The position numbers were made by a program, and so were the translations under genes. The notes beneath the pieces were generated by a model that searched no databases, had not been told where the DNA came from, and saw only the letters and a list, made by a program, of their open reading frames with translations. Positions 13,608 to 22,503 of a stretch of 64,000 bases of DNA are shown in pieces; within the stretch, counting starts at the first letter, position 1, and each line of letters opens with the position of its first letter. This stretch comes from an uncultured Gemmatimonadaceae bacterium (GTDB lineage Bacteria > Gemmatimonadota > Gemmatimonadetes > Gemmatimonadales > GWC2-71-9), in NCBI GenBank assembly GCA_964647615.1, contig CAZYIV010000004.1:6236-70235 (forward strand), given 5' to 3'.

Positions 13608-14444
13608 ATGCTGTGGCTGATGCTGGCGCTGGCCGCGCCCCCGCAGGACACCGACACCACCGTGGCGCTGCAGGGTGCCACCCGGCTGGAGCTCTCGAGC
13701 TTCGAGGGGGACATCCGGGTCTCTACCTGGGACCGGCCCGCGGTCCGGATCCAGGCGGACCACGACGACGACACCCGGATCTCGGTCGAGACCGGGGGCC
13801 GGACCCTCAGGATCCACGCCCGCACCCGCGGCGGGCCTCCGGAAGTGCGCTGGCGGCTCACCGTGCCGGCCTCCCTCGTGCTCGATCTCTCCGCCCACAG
13901 CGGTGACGTCGAGGTGAGCGGCGTCCGCAGCGAGGTGCGGGTGAGCGCGGGCGAGGGGGACGTCACCGTCCGTGGCGGGCGGGGTTTCGTCGCGGTGCAG
14001 TCGGTGGAGGGCGCGGTCCTGCTGGAGGACGTGGACGGCGACGTCAGCGTCAGCTCCGTGGACGGGGCCATCACCGTCCGGCAGGCCCGGGGCGAGCTGT
14101 CGCTGAGCGCGGTGGACGGGGCGATCACCATGGAGGGGATCAGCGCCAGCCGGGTGGAGGCGAGCACCGTGGACGGCGAGGTCCGCTTCGACGGGGCGCT
14201 CCAGTCCGGCGGCCGCTACCGGCTCGCCTCGCACGACGGGGACGTGACCGTCACCGCCGCCGCGATCGATGCCGAGGTCTCGGTCTCCACCTTCAGCGGG
14301 GAGTTCGAGTCCGACTTTCCGGTGACCCTGCGCGGCACCGGCAACCGCCGCCGCCTGACGTTCACGCTCGGCCGGGGCGATGCCCGGCTCGAGCTCGAGT
14401 CCTTCGACGGTACCGTCGCGCTGCGGCGCGGTACCCGTCGCTGA
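13608..14444 (+). CDS. DUF4097-family beta-repeat protein (putative adhesin-like)
   Basis: 278 aa with repeated G(D/E)V.V / VDGAITV strands (SGDVEVSG, GDVTVRG, VDGAITVRQ, VDGAITMEG, VDGEVRF). Confidence 0.8.
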   Translation: MLWLMLALAAPPQDTDTTVALQGATRLELSSFEGDIRVSTWDRPAVRIQADHDDDTRISVETGGRTLRIHARTRGGPPEVRWRLTVPASLVLDLSAHSGDVEVSGVRSEVRVSAGEGDVTVRGGRGFVAVQSVEGAVLLEDVDGDVSVSSVDGAITVRQARGELSLSAVDGAITMEGISASRVEASTVDGEVRFDGALQSGGRYRLASHDGDVTVTAAAIDAEVSVSTFSGEFESDFPVTLRGTGNRRRLTFTLGRGDARLELESFDGTVALRRGTRR

Positions 14445-14473
14445 GTTCCCGACCCCGATCCCACGGAGCCGCC

Positions 14474-15238
14474 ATGCGCGCCCCTCTGCTCGCCCTTGCC
14501 CTTCCCGCCCTCCTGGCGCTGCCGCTCGCGGCGCAGGACTTCTCCTGGTCCGGCACTATCGCCCGGGGGAAGACCCTCGAGATCCGCGGCATCAACGGGC
14601 GGGTGCACGCCGTCGCCGCGCGGGGCGCGCAGGCGCGCGTCACCGCCACCAAGCACGCCCGCCGCAGCGACCCGGACGAGGTCGTGATCAAGGCGGTGGA
14701 GCACGAGGGCGGGGTCACGATCTGCGCCCTCTATCCCACCCGCCGCGGCGGCGACATGGAGTGCCGGCCGCACCGCGGCCAGGCCAACACCCGGGACAGC
14801 GATGTCGAGGTGGCCTTCGAGGTGGAGGTCCCGGCCGGGGTGACCTTCGCCGGCGCCACCGTCAACGGCGACATCAGCGCCCGGGACCTGCCGGGCGATG
14901 CCACGGTCTCGACCGTCAACGGGGACGTGGAGGTGAGCGCCGGCGGGGTGGTGGAGGCCGCCACCGTCAACGGCTCCATCGACGCGGAGATGGGGCGCCT
15001 GCCGGTCGAGGAGCCGGTCTCGCTCACCACGGTCAACGGCGGCATCACCCTGACGCTGAGCGGCACCCCGGGGATGGACCTCGAGGCGACCACGGTCAAT
15101 GGCGGCGTGGAAAGCGACTTCCCGATCACGGTCTCGGGACGGATGCGACCGAACTCGCTGCGGGGCAAGGTGGGCGATGGAGGACCGCGGGTGAAGCTCA
15201 CCACGGTCAACGGCGGGATCCAGCTGCGGAAGCGCTAG
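14474..15238 (+). CDS. DUF4097-family beta-repeat protein, secreted
   Basis: 254 aa. Signal peptide MRAPLLALALPALLALPLAAQ; repeats TVNGDISA, TVNGDVEVS, TVNGSIDA, TVNGGITL, TVNGGVES, TVNGGIQL. Confidence 0.85.
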   Translation: MRAPLLALALPALLALPLAAQDFSWSGTIARGKTLEIRGINGRVHAVAARGAQARVTATKHARRSDPDEVVIKAVEHEGGVTICALYPTRRGGDMECRPHRGQANTRDSDVEVAFEVEVPAGVTFAGATVNGDISARDLPGDATVSTVNGDVEVSAGGVVEAATVNGSIDAEMGRLPVEEPVSLTTVNGGITLTLSGTPGMDLEATTVNGGVESDFPITVSGRMRPNSLRGKVGDGGPRVKLTTVNGGIQLRKR

Positions 15239-15244
15239 GCGGCC

Positions 15245-17710
15245 TCAGGCGGGGCGCGGCCGGTCCAGCACTTCCCGGACCCGCCGCGCCAGCACCTCCG
15301 GCGTGAACGGCTTGGAGAGCAGGTCATGGCCCCGGAGCGGTCCGCCGGGGCCGTTGGTTTCCGGGGCCGGATAGCCGGACATGAAGAGCACCCGTGCCCG
15401 CGGCAGGAAGTTCGCCAGTGCCGCGACGGTCTCGGGTCCGGAGAGCCCGGGCATGACCACGTCGCTCAGCACCAGGGCCACCGCATCCGGGTGGTGTCGC
15501 ACGAGGGAGAGCGCCGCGGGCCCGCTCGGCGCCTCCAGCACGGTGTACCCCAGCTTGCGAAGCACCGATCCCGCCAGGCGCCGTACGGCATCCTCGTCTT
15601 CCACCAGCAGGATGGTCTCGGTCCCGCCGTAGAGCGCCTCGCGCGCCGCCGGGGTGCCGGGCCGCCCCGCAGGCGGGCGGCCCACCGGCAGGTAGATGTG
15701 GAACGCCGTGCCTACCCCCGGCGTGCTCTCCACCCGCACCCCGCCACCACTCTGCCGCACCACGCCATACACGGTCGCGAGCCCCAGCCCGGTGCCCTGA
15801 CCGACGTCCTTGGTGGTGAAGAACGGCTCGAAGATGTGATCCAGGGTGGCCTGGTCCATGCCCACCCCGGTATCGCGGATGGTCAGCCGGGCGTACGGCC
15901 CCGCACCCACCTCCACCAGTTCCGGCGGCAGCGCCTCGTCGGGGCCCGTCAGGCCGGTGCTCAGGGTGAGCACGCCGCCCTGGGGCATCGCATCACGGGC
16001 GTTCACCGCCAGGTTGATGATGACCTGTTCCAGCTGGCTCCGGTCGGCCCGGAGCCAGACCGGCCGCCCGGCGGGCCGGGTCTCCAGCCGGATGTGCTCC
16101 CCGATGAGCCGCGCGAGGAGGCTGCCCAGTTCGACCACGACCTGGTCCAGGTCGAGGTCGGTGAGCTGCTGCACCTGCTTCCGGCTGAAGGCCAGCAACT
16201 GGCTCGTCAGGCTCGCCGCGCGCTCCGCCGCCCGGCGGATCTCCGCCAGCTCGCCCTGGCGGGCGGCGTCCGGCATCTCGGCGGCCAGGAGGTCGGAATA
16301 GCCGACGATCGCGGTAAGCAGGTTGTTGAAGTCGTGCGCGATGCCGCCGGCGAGGCGGCCGACCGCCTCCATCTTGAGGGCCTGGCGGAGCTGTTCCTCC
16401 CGCTGCCGCAGCGCCTCCTCGGTGCGCTTCTGCTCGGTGATGTCCACCATCACCCCGTGCAGCCGCGGCGGCTGGCCCGAGGCCGGCGCGACGCTGGTGA
16501 AGTCGCGTACCCACACCACCCGCCCGTCGGACGCCAGCAGCCGGTAGTCGAGCTCGTGGTCCCGGCCCGCGAGCGCCTCCACCCGGCGCCGCGCCAGCAC
16601 CGCCTCACGGTCCTCCGGGTGGATGGCCCGGGACCAGAAGCCCGGCTCGAGCCAGGCGTCCACCGGATGGCCCAGCATCCGGTGCGCCTGGGGCGAGACG
16701 AAGCTGAACCGGCCGTCCGATGGGTCGGCCTCCCACACAATGCCGTTGATCGTGTGCACCAGCCCGCGGTAGCGATCCTGGGTGCGTGCCAGCTCCCGGG
16801 CGCTGGCCGCCAGGGCGGAGACATCCTGCAGCGCGCCGATCAGCCGCACCGGACGCCCCTCGGGGTCCCGGATCACCTGCCCGTGGTCCACCACCTCCGC
16901 CCAGCTCCCGTCGGCCCGCTGGAAGCGGTACTCGAACTGCCAGTGGGTTTCGGTGGAGGACTCGGTGCGGCGGTAGTCCTCGATCACCCGGCCGCGATCG
17001 TCGGGGTGCACCCGGTCGATCCACCAGGTCTCGCTGGTGCCGATGGCCCCTGGCGCGTAGCCGAAGAGCGTGGTGTAACCATCGCCCCGGCGGATGGTGC
17101 GGGTCGCGTAGTCCTCCACCCAGAGGGCCTCGCGCGAGAGCTCGAGCGCCACCCGGTGCAGCGTGTCGCTCTCGCGCAGCAGCGCCTCGCTGGCCCGGCG
17201 GTGTTCCACGTCCCGCTCGAGGGTTGCGACCGCCTCGGCCCGGCCGAATTCGGTCGAGGCGATCGCCGCCAGATCCTGCACCGCCTGCCGCTCCTCCGGG
17301 CTCCAGTCGCGGGGCACCCGGTCGAAGATCGTGACCGTGCCGATACAGTCGTTGGTGGCGAGCCGGATCGGGGCCGAGGCCAGTCCCCGGATGCCCAGCG
17401 CGCGGGTGAGCCCCAGGGGCCCGACGATCGGGTCGGCGGGGGCATCGGTCAGGAACACCGGCAGTCCCACCACCACCACCAGCGCGCAGGGGGTGTCCGC
17501 CGCCGGCGCGGAGTCCGGTGCGCCGTCGGCGAAGGCCGGGCCCGCCGCGGCGAGGAAGCGGAGGGTGGAGCCGTCCAGGAAGGTGACCACCGCGCCGGCC
17601 ACGCCGAGCAGGCTCGCCGCCACGCGCACCACGGGATCGAGCGCCTCCCGCGCAGGGAGCGCCGTGGATCGCCCGGTGCGGTCGTGGCTGGCGCGCAGGG
17701 TGGTGGGCAT
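15245..17710 (-). CDS. Hybrid sensor histidine kinase (GAF-PAS-PAS-HisKA-HATPase-REC)
   Basis: 821 aa. H-box GGIAHDFNNLLTAIVGY; HATPase DTGVGM/GTGLGLATVYG. C-terminal receiver ILLVEDEDAVR...SDVVMPGLSG...SKPF. Confidence 0.95.
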   Translation of the reverse strand: MPTTLRASHDRTGRSTALPAREALDPVVRVAASLLGVAGAVVTFLDGSTLRFLAAAGPAFADGAPDSAPAADTPCALVVVVGLPVFLTDAPADPIVGPLGLTRALGIRGLASAPIRLATNDCIGTVTIFDRVPRDWSPEERQAVQDLAAIASTEFGRAEAVATLERDVEHRRASEALLRESDTLHRVALELSREALWVEDYATRTIRRGDGYTTLFGYAPGAIGTSETWWIDRVHPDDRGRVIEDYRRTESSTETHWQFEYRFQRADGSWAEVVDHGQVIRDPEGRPVRLIGALQDVSALAASARELARTQDRYRGLVHTINGIVWEADPSDGRFSFVSPQAHRMLGHPVDAWLEPGFWSRAIHPEDREAVLARRRVEALAGRDHELDYRLLASDGRVVWVRDFTSVAPASGQPPRLHGVMVDITEQKRTEEALRQREEQLRQALKMEAVGRLAGGIAHDFNNLLTAIVGYSDLLAAEMPDAARQGELAEIRRAAERAASLTSQLLAFSRKQVQQLTDLDLDQVVVELGSLLARLIGEHIRLETRPAGRPVWLRADRSQLEQVIINLAVNARDAMPQGGVLTLSTGLTGPDEALPPELVEVGAGPYARLTIRDTGVGMDQATLDHIFEPFFTTKDVGQGTGLGLATVYGVVRQSGGGVRVESTPGVGTAFHIYLPVGRPPAGRPGTPAAREALYGGTETILLVEDEDAVRRLAGSVLRKLGYTVLEAPSGPAALSLVRHHPDAVALVLSDVVMPGLSGPETVAALANFLPRARVLFMSGYPAPETNGPGGPLRGHDLLSKPFTPEVLARRVREVLDRPRPA

Positions 17711-17761
17711 GGGACGTGGTTCGAGGAATCGGTGGCTGTGGTTCAGGGGCGGATAAATATG

Positions 17762-19111
17762 CTACCGCGGCGTGCTTCCCTCCATGCCGGAGCCCGACCG
17801 GCGCCGCCCCCAGAACAGGAAGACCGGGACGCCCAACAACAGAATTCCGACTCCGAGCAAAGCATTGCCGGGATTGGAGCGGATGGATCCGGCCACGACA
17901 TACAGGGCCGCGAGGATGAACAGCGCGGGCGTGACCGGCCACCCCGGGACCCGGAATGCGGCCGCGCGCCCCGCGCGCGCGTCCTGTCGCCGGATGCCGA
18001 ACAGCGCCACCACCGCCAGGCCGAAGAAGATCCAGTCGCAGAAGACGACGTAGTCCAGCAGCTGGCCGTAGCTCCCGGTGAACAGCAGCAGCAGCGCCCA
18101 GAGGCCCTGGAAGACGATCGCCGTCGTGGGGGTCCGGAAGTGCGGGTGCAGCCGGGCGAAGGCGGGGAAGAAGAGCCCGTCGGCCGCCATGGTCTGGTAC
18201 ACCCGGGGCGAAACCATGATCACCAGGTTGAGGAAGCCGAAGGCTGACGCCGTGATGCCGATGCTGATGATCAGCGCCCCGGTGGGACCCAGCACCTGGC
18301 GCATCGCGTCGGCGGCGGGTGCGGTGCTGGCGGCGAGGCCCGCCGGGCCAAGCTGCCGCAGGTAGGCCACGTTGGCCAGCAGGTACACCAGCACCACGAC
18401 CACCACCCCGAGCACCAGCGCCCGCGGCAGGTTCTTCTCCGGCGCGATGATCTCCTCCGCGATGAAGTTGGTCTGCTGCCAGCCGCCGTAGGAAAACAGC
18501 ACCGGCACCAGGGCCGCGGCCATCGCGCCGACCGGCTGCGCCGGTGCCACTGCCGGCGTCGTGCTCACCGCGGGCGTGCCGAGCGCCACGCCGACCGCGA
18601 TCAGGAAACCGAGCGCCGCCAGCTTGAGCAGGGTGAAGACGTTGGTGGTGAAGGCGCCCGGGCGGATGCCGATGTAGTTGACCGCGGTGAGTACCCCGAT
18701 CGCGGCGGCGGCGAGCGGCCGCCCCCACCGGGGATCGAGCCCGAGCAGCGGCACGGCGTAGCTGGCGAAGCTCACCGCCACCGCCGCGATGGCCCCGGTC
18801 GCGATGACCAGGAGGAGCGCCCAGGCGTAGAGGAAGGCCGGCAGCGGGCCCAGCCCGTCCCGCAGGTAGATGTAGCTGCCGCCGGCCTGCGGCCGGCGCT
18901 GGCCCAGTTCGCCGAAGCAGAACGCGCCGATCAGCGCCACCACCCCGCCCAGCACCCAGACGCTGAGCGTGAGGCCGCCGGTCCCGACGCGCTGGGCGAC
19001 GATCGCAGGATTGAGGAAGATGCCGGAGCCGATGATGCCGCCGACCACGGCCATGGTGCCGCTGAACAGGCCGAGGGTGCGGCGGTAGCTGACGGGAGGG
19101 GGAGGCGTCAT
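17762..19111 (-). CDS. Amino acid permease (APC superfamily)
   Basis: 449 aa, about 12 hydrophobic helices. N-terminal GLFSGTMAVVGGIIGSGIF motif typical of APC transporters. Confidence 0.9.
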   Translation of the reverse strand: MTPPPPVSYRRTLGLFSGTMAVVGGIIGSGIFLNPAIVAQRVGTGGLTLSVWVLGGVVALIGAFCFGELGQRRPQAGGSYIYLRDGLGPLPAFLYAWALLLVIATGAIAAVAVSFASYAVPLLGLDPRWGRPLAAAAIGVLTAVNYIGIRPGAFTTNVFTLLKLAALGFLIAVGVALGTPAVSTTPAVAPAQPVGAMAAALVPVLFSYGGWQQTNFIAEEIIAPEKNLPRALVLGVVVVVLVYLLANVAYLRQLGPAGLAASTAPAADAMRQVLGPTGALIISIGITASAFGFLNLVIMVSPRVYQTMAADGLFFPAFARLHPHFRTPTTAIVFQGLWALLLLFTGSYGQLLDYVVFCDWIFFGLAVVALFGIRRQDARAGRAAAFRVPGWPVTPALFILAALYVVAGSIRSNPGNALLGVGILLLGVPVFLFWGRRRSGSGMEGSTPR

Positions 19112-19144
19112 GGCCCCCCAATGTACCGGCGGAGGTGCGCGGCG

Positions 19145-20782
19145 CTACCCGGCCTGCAGCCCCTCGGTGAGTGGCACCCCGGCCACCGACGGCCGGCGCA
19201 GCAGCCGGCGGGCCCGTGCCACCAGCTCGCGGATGGTCACCGGCTTGGTGAGGTAGTCGTCGGCGCCCAGCTCGAAGGCCCGCACGATGTGGTTCTCGTC
19301 GCCGACGGCCGTCAGCATCATCACGGGGATGTGGCGGAACTCCGGCAGCTCGCGGAGTGCCCGGAGGAACTGCAGCCCGTCCATGCCGGGCATCTGGATG
19401 TCGCTGATCACCATGCTGGCCCCGCTGCCGGGCAGCGCCGCCAGGGCGCTTTCGCCGTCGCCACAGGCGATGACCTCGAAGCCCTCCCGGCGGAGTCCCT
19501 GGCTCACCATCCGGACCATGGCCGGATCGTCCTCGGCGAGGAGCACGCGGCGCACCGGCAGCGAGAGTCCCGACTCCCCGGCCAGCACGCGGTTCCGCCC
19601 GGACGCCTTGGCCACGTAGCACAGCCGGTCGGCGGTGGCGAAGCCCTCGTCCAGCGGCTGGCCGGTGACCAGGTCCGCGACGCCGGAGGAGAAGGTGACC
19701 GTGAGCGGCGCGCCACCGTCGGCCCGGAAGTCCACCCGGCGCAAGACCAGCCGCGCCTGGTCCACGATCGCGCCCGCCTCGGCGGCGGTGCGTCCCGCGA
19801 ACAGCGCGATGAACTCGGCCCCGTCCCACCGGGCAAAGACCGCCGCCTGCCGCAGCGCCATCGCCAGCCGGATACCGGCCCGGCGCAGCACGCTGTCGGC
19901 CAGCTGCCGGCCGTAGGTCTCCTCCACCCAGCGGAAGTGGTCCAGGTCCAGCACCGCCAGCGCGAACGGGGTGCCCGCGGGGCTGGTGTCGCGCAGGTGT
20001 TCCACCCGCTCCAGGAAGGCCGCCCGGTTGGGGAGCCCGGTGACGGGATCGCGGCGGGCCGCCTCGTGCTGCGAGGCCTGGCGCTCCAGCCGGGAGCTCA
20101 CCGCCACCCCGAAGGCCGCCATGTCCACCGGCTTCTCGAAGTAGGCATCGGCTCCCAGCGCGAAGCACTCCGACTTGGTATGCCCCCCGAGCTTGCAGGA
20201 GACCACGAACACCGGAATGCCGCTGGTGCGCGGATGGGAACGGAGCTCGAGCAGCAGGCTCCGGCCGTCGCCATCGGGGAGGATCAGGTCGAGGATCAGG
20301 AGGTCGACCGGCGTGCTCCGCAGCACCTCACGGGCGGCGTGCGCGTTCTCCGCCACCACCACCCGCCGGCCGTGCACCGCGAGCAGGGTCTCGAGCGAAC
20401 GGGCGAAGAGGAGGTCGTCCTCCACCACCAGGATCACGCCCGGGGGCCGCGCCATCGGCGCCTGCACTGCCCGCCGGAGCAGGCTCACCAGGCCGGCGGC
20501 CGCGGCGGGGAGCTGGCTGTCCTCCTGCAGCAGGACGGCCTCGGCGGCGGCCAGCTGCTCGGGCCGACCCTCCAGGGTCGTGCCCTCGCAGAGGGAGCGG
20601 GCGAGGCGGCGGATGCTCTCGCCGGCCTCGGCCTGCTCGTCAGGCAGGGCCAGGCGGGGCAGGGCCGTCTCGAGGGCCGCGAGCGCGGCGGTGACCGCCG
20701 CCCGGCGGGCGGAGGGCAGCCCGCGGGCAGGCTGGGGATCGGAGGGCGGCGGCGGGGCACTCATCGCCTCCAGTATCGGCAC
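19145..20782 (-). CDS. Response regulator REC-GGDEF(degenerate)-REC
   Basis: 545 aa. Receiver 1 ILVVEDD...LILDLILPDGDG; GGDEF fold PVTGLPNRAAF...LDLDHFRWVEETYG, but the active site reads RWDGAEF (19811-19825) instead of GG(D/E)EF. Receiver 2 VLLAEDDPAM...SDIQMPGMDG...TKP. Confidence 0.9.
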   Translation of the reverse strand: MPILEAMSAPPPPSDPQPARGLPSARRAAVTAALAALETALPRLALPDEQAEAGESIRRLARSLCEGTTLEGRPEQLAAAEAVLLQEDSQLPAAAAGLVSLLRRAVQAPMARPPGVILVVEDDLLFARSLETLLAVHGRRVVVAENAHAAREVLRSTPVDLLILDLILPDGDGRSLLLELRSHPRTSGIPVFVVSCKLGGHTKSECFALGADAYFEKPVDMAAFGVAVSSRLERQASQHEAARRDPVTGLPNRAAFLERVEHLRDTSPAGTPFALAVLDLDHFRWVEETYGRQLADSVLRRAGIRLAMALRQAAVFARWDGAEFIALFAGRTAAEAGAIVDQARLVLRRVDFRADGGAPLTVTFSSGVADLVTGQPLDEGFATADRLCYVAKASGRNRVLAGESGLSLPVRRVLLAEDDPAMVRMVSQGLRREGFEVIACGDGESALAALPGSGASMVISDIQMPGMDGLQFLRALRELPEFRHIPVMMLTAVGDENHIVRAFELGADDYLTKPVTIRELVARARRLLRRPSVAGVPLTEGLQAG

Positions 20783-20900
20783 GGGACGGCCCCGGATGAG
20801 CCCGACGATAGTGCTGCCATGTGGCTTGCCTGCCGACGATTATTCGGTAGATTGATTGCAGGACAGAATATTCAGTAGACCCCGGCAGTCTGGGTGCCCG

Positions 20901-21380
20901 ATGCTCGACCCCACCGATCTCGCCATCCTGGAACAGCTGCAGGCCAATGCCCGCACCAGCAACGCCGAGCTCGCCCGGCAGCTGGGCATGGCCCCGTCCG
21001 CCATCCTCGACCGCATCCGCAAGCTGGAGCAGCGCGGCGTGATCCTCGGCTACACCGCCCGGATCAATCCCGAGGCCGTCGGCCTCGGGCTCACCGCCTT
21101 CGTGCTGGTCCGGACCGAGGAGCGGGTGGGGCTCGGGACCATCGGGCAGGCCCTGTCCCGGATCCCGGAGGTGCTGGAGGTGCACCACGTGGCCGGCGAG
21201 GACTGCTACCTGGTGAAGGTCCGGGTCCCCGACACCGCGGCCCTCAGCCGGCTGCTCGGCGACCGCTTCGGCCGGCTCCGCGGGGTGCGCAACACCCGCA
21301 GCACGATCGTCCTGGCCACCGCCAAGGAGGGCGGGCCGTTGCCGCTCGCCAACGGGAAGGGGGACGACCGTGGCGCCTGA
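20901..21380 (+). CDS. Lrp/AsnC family transcriptional regulator
   Basis: 159 aa from ATG 20901. LDPTDLAILEQLQANARTSNAELARQLGMAPSAILDRIRKLEQRGVI HTH plus a C-terminal AsnC ligand domain. Confidence 0.9.
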   Translation: MLDPTDLAILEQLQANARTSNAELARQLGMAPSAILDRIRKLEQRGVILGYTARINPEAVGLGLTAFVLVRTEERVGLGTIGQALSRIPEVLEVHHVAGEDCYLVKVRVPDTAALSRLLGDRFGRLRGVRNTRSTIVLATAKEGGPLPLANGKGDDRGA

Positions 21381-22311
21381 GCTCGCCCGCCGGCATCGCC
21401 TCCTGCTGGGGCTCGCCTTTGCGGCGGTCTACATCATCTGGGGCAGCACCTACCTGGCGATCGCCTTCGCCATCCAGACCATTCCGCCCCTGCTCATGGC
21501 GGGGATGCGGTTCCTCATCGCCGGGGGCGCGCTGTACGCCTGGGCCCGGTGGCGGGGCGCGCCCCGCCCCCGCCCGGTGCAGTGGGGCTGGGCGTTCTTC
21601 CTGGGCGCGCTGTTCTTCCTGGTGGGGAACGGTGCGGTGGTCTGGGTGGAGCAGTCGGTCCCCTCGGGGCTGGTGGCGCTGATCGTGGCCCTGGTCTCGG
21701 TCTGGACCGCGCTGCTCGAGTGGGTCCGGCCCGGCGGGGCGCGGCCCAGCGGCATGGTGATGGGCGGGATCGTGCTGGGCTTCGGCGGGGTGGCGCTGCT
21801 GGTGCTGCCGGGGCAGGGAAGCGCCGGGCATGTGGCGCCGACGGGGGTCCTGCTGCTGATGGCCTCCACCTTCTGCTGGGCCCTGGCCTCGGTGCTGGCC
21901 CGGACGGCGGACCTGCCGCCCAGCGCGCCGCAGGTGAGCGGGATGGAGATGCTGGCCGGGGGGACCCTGCTCTTCGGGGCCAGCGTGCTCCACGGCGACC
22001 CGCAGCGGTTCGACCCGACCGGGGTGACCCTCCGCTCGGGGATCTCGCTGCTCTACCTGGTGATCTTCGGCTCGCTGGTGACCTTCACCGCCTTCGCCTG
22101 GCTGCTGCAGGTGAGCTCGCCCAGCAAGGTGGCCACGGCGGGGTACGTGAACCCCATGGTCGCGGTGGTGCTGGGGTGGGCCCTGGGCGGGGAATCGCTC
22201 ACCCCCCGGGCGGTGGCCGCTTCCCTTGTAATAGTGCTCGCGGTGGTCCTGATCATCACCGGGCGGGAATTCTCCCTGTCACGGTTGCGTCCGGCGGCGC
22301 GGCCACGTTGA
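21370..22311 (+). CDS. EamA/DMT family transporter
   Basis: 313 aa from GTG 21370, overlapping the lrp-like gene by 11 nt. About 10 TM helices; IIWGSTYLAI motif typical of EamA repeats. Confidence 0.9.
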   Translation: MAPELARRHRLLLGLAFAAVYIIWGSTYLAIAFAIQTIPPLLMAGMRFLIAGGALYAWARWRGAPRPRPVQWGWAFFLGALFFLVGNGAVVWVEQSVPSGLVALIVALVSVWTALLEWVRPGGARPSGMVMGGIVLGFGGVALLVLPGQGSAGHVAPTGVLLLMASTFCWALASVLARTADLPPSAPQVSGMEMLAGGTLLFGASVLHGDPQRFDPTGVTLRSGISLLYLVIFGSLVTFTAFAWLLQVSSPSKVATAGYVNPMVAVVLGWALGGESLTPRAVAASLVIVLAVVLIITGREFSLSRLRPAARPR

Positions 22312-22453
22312 CGCCGGCATCCCCCTCCCCTATCCTTGCGACCATGCAGACACGCTTGTCGCAGCGCCACGCCACCGCTCCCCGTAATCGTCGGGGTAAT
22401 CGGTTCCGCTGACCCGGAGCGTGGCCGGCGCTTGGCGCCATATGCGAAACCAG

Positions 22454-22481
22454 CGGCCCGCTCCCCCGAGCGGGCCGTTTT
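22454..22481 (+). terminator. Rho-independent terminator-like hairpin with T-tract
   Basis: Perfect 10-bp stem CGGCCCGCTC/GAGCGGGCCG, loop CCCC, followed by TTTTCGTAT. It lies 143 nt after the EamA stop and 23 nt before the activator ATG. Confidence 0.6.
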
Positions 22482-22503
22482 CGTATCCACCCCTGGAGGA
22501 GTC

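Noticed and set aside
16605-20168. 1187-aa minus-strand ORF in an alternative frame
   Set aside because: It overlaps the kinase, APC permease and GGDEF genes in the wrong frame and has a Pro/Arg/Gly-rich translation without domains.
22433-22446. TTGGCGCCATATGCG as a sigma-54 promoter
   Set aside because: The GG-to-GC spacing is 2 nt too short relative to TGGCACG-N4-TTGC.
22336-22503. In-frame upstream extension of the sigma-54 activator (TTG 22336)
   Set aside because: It would place a perfect terminator hairpin with a T-tract inside the coding sequence. ATG 22504 has a GGAGGA Shine-Dalgarno and starts right before the GAF domain.
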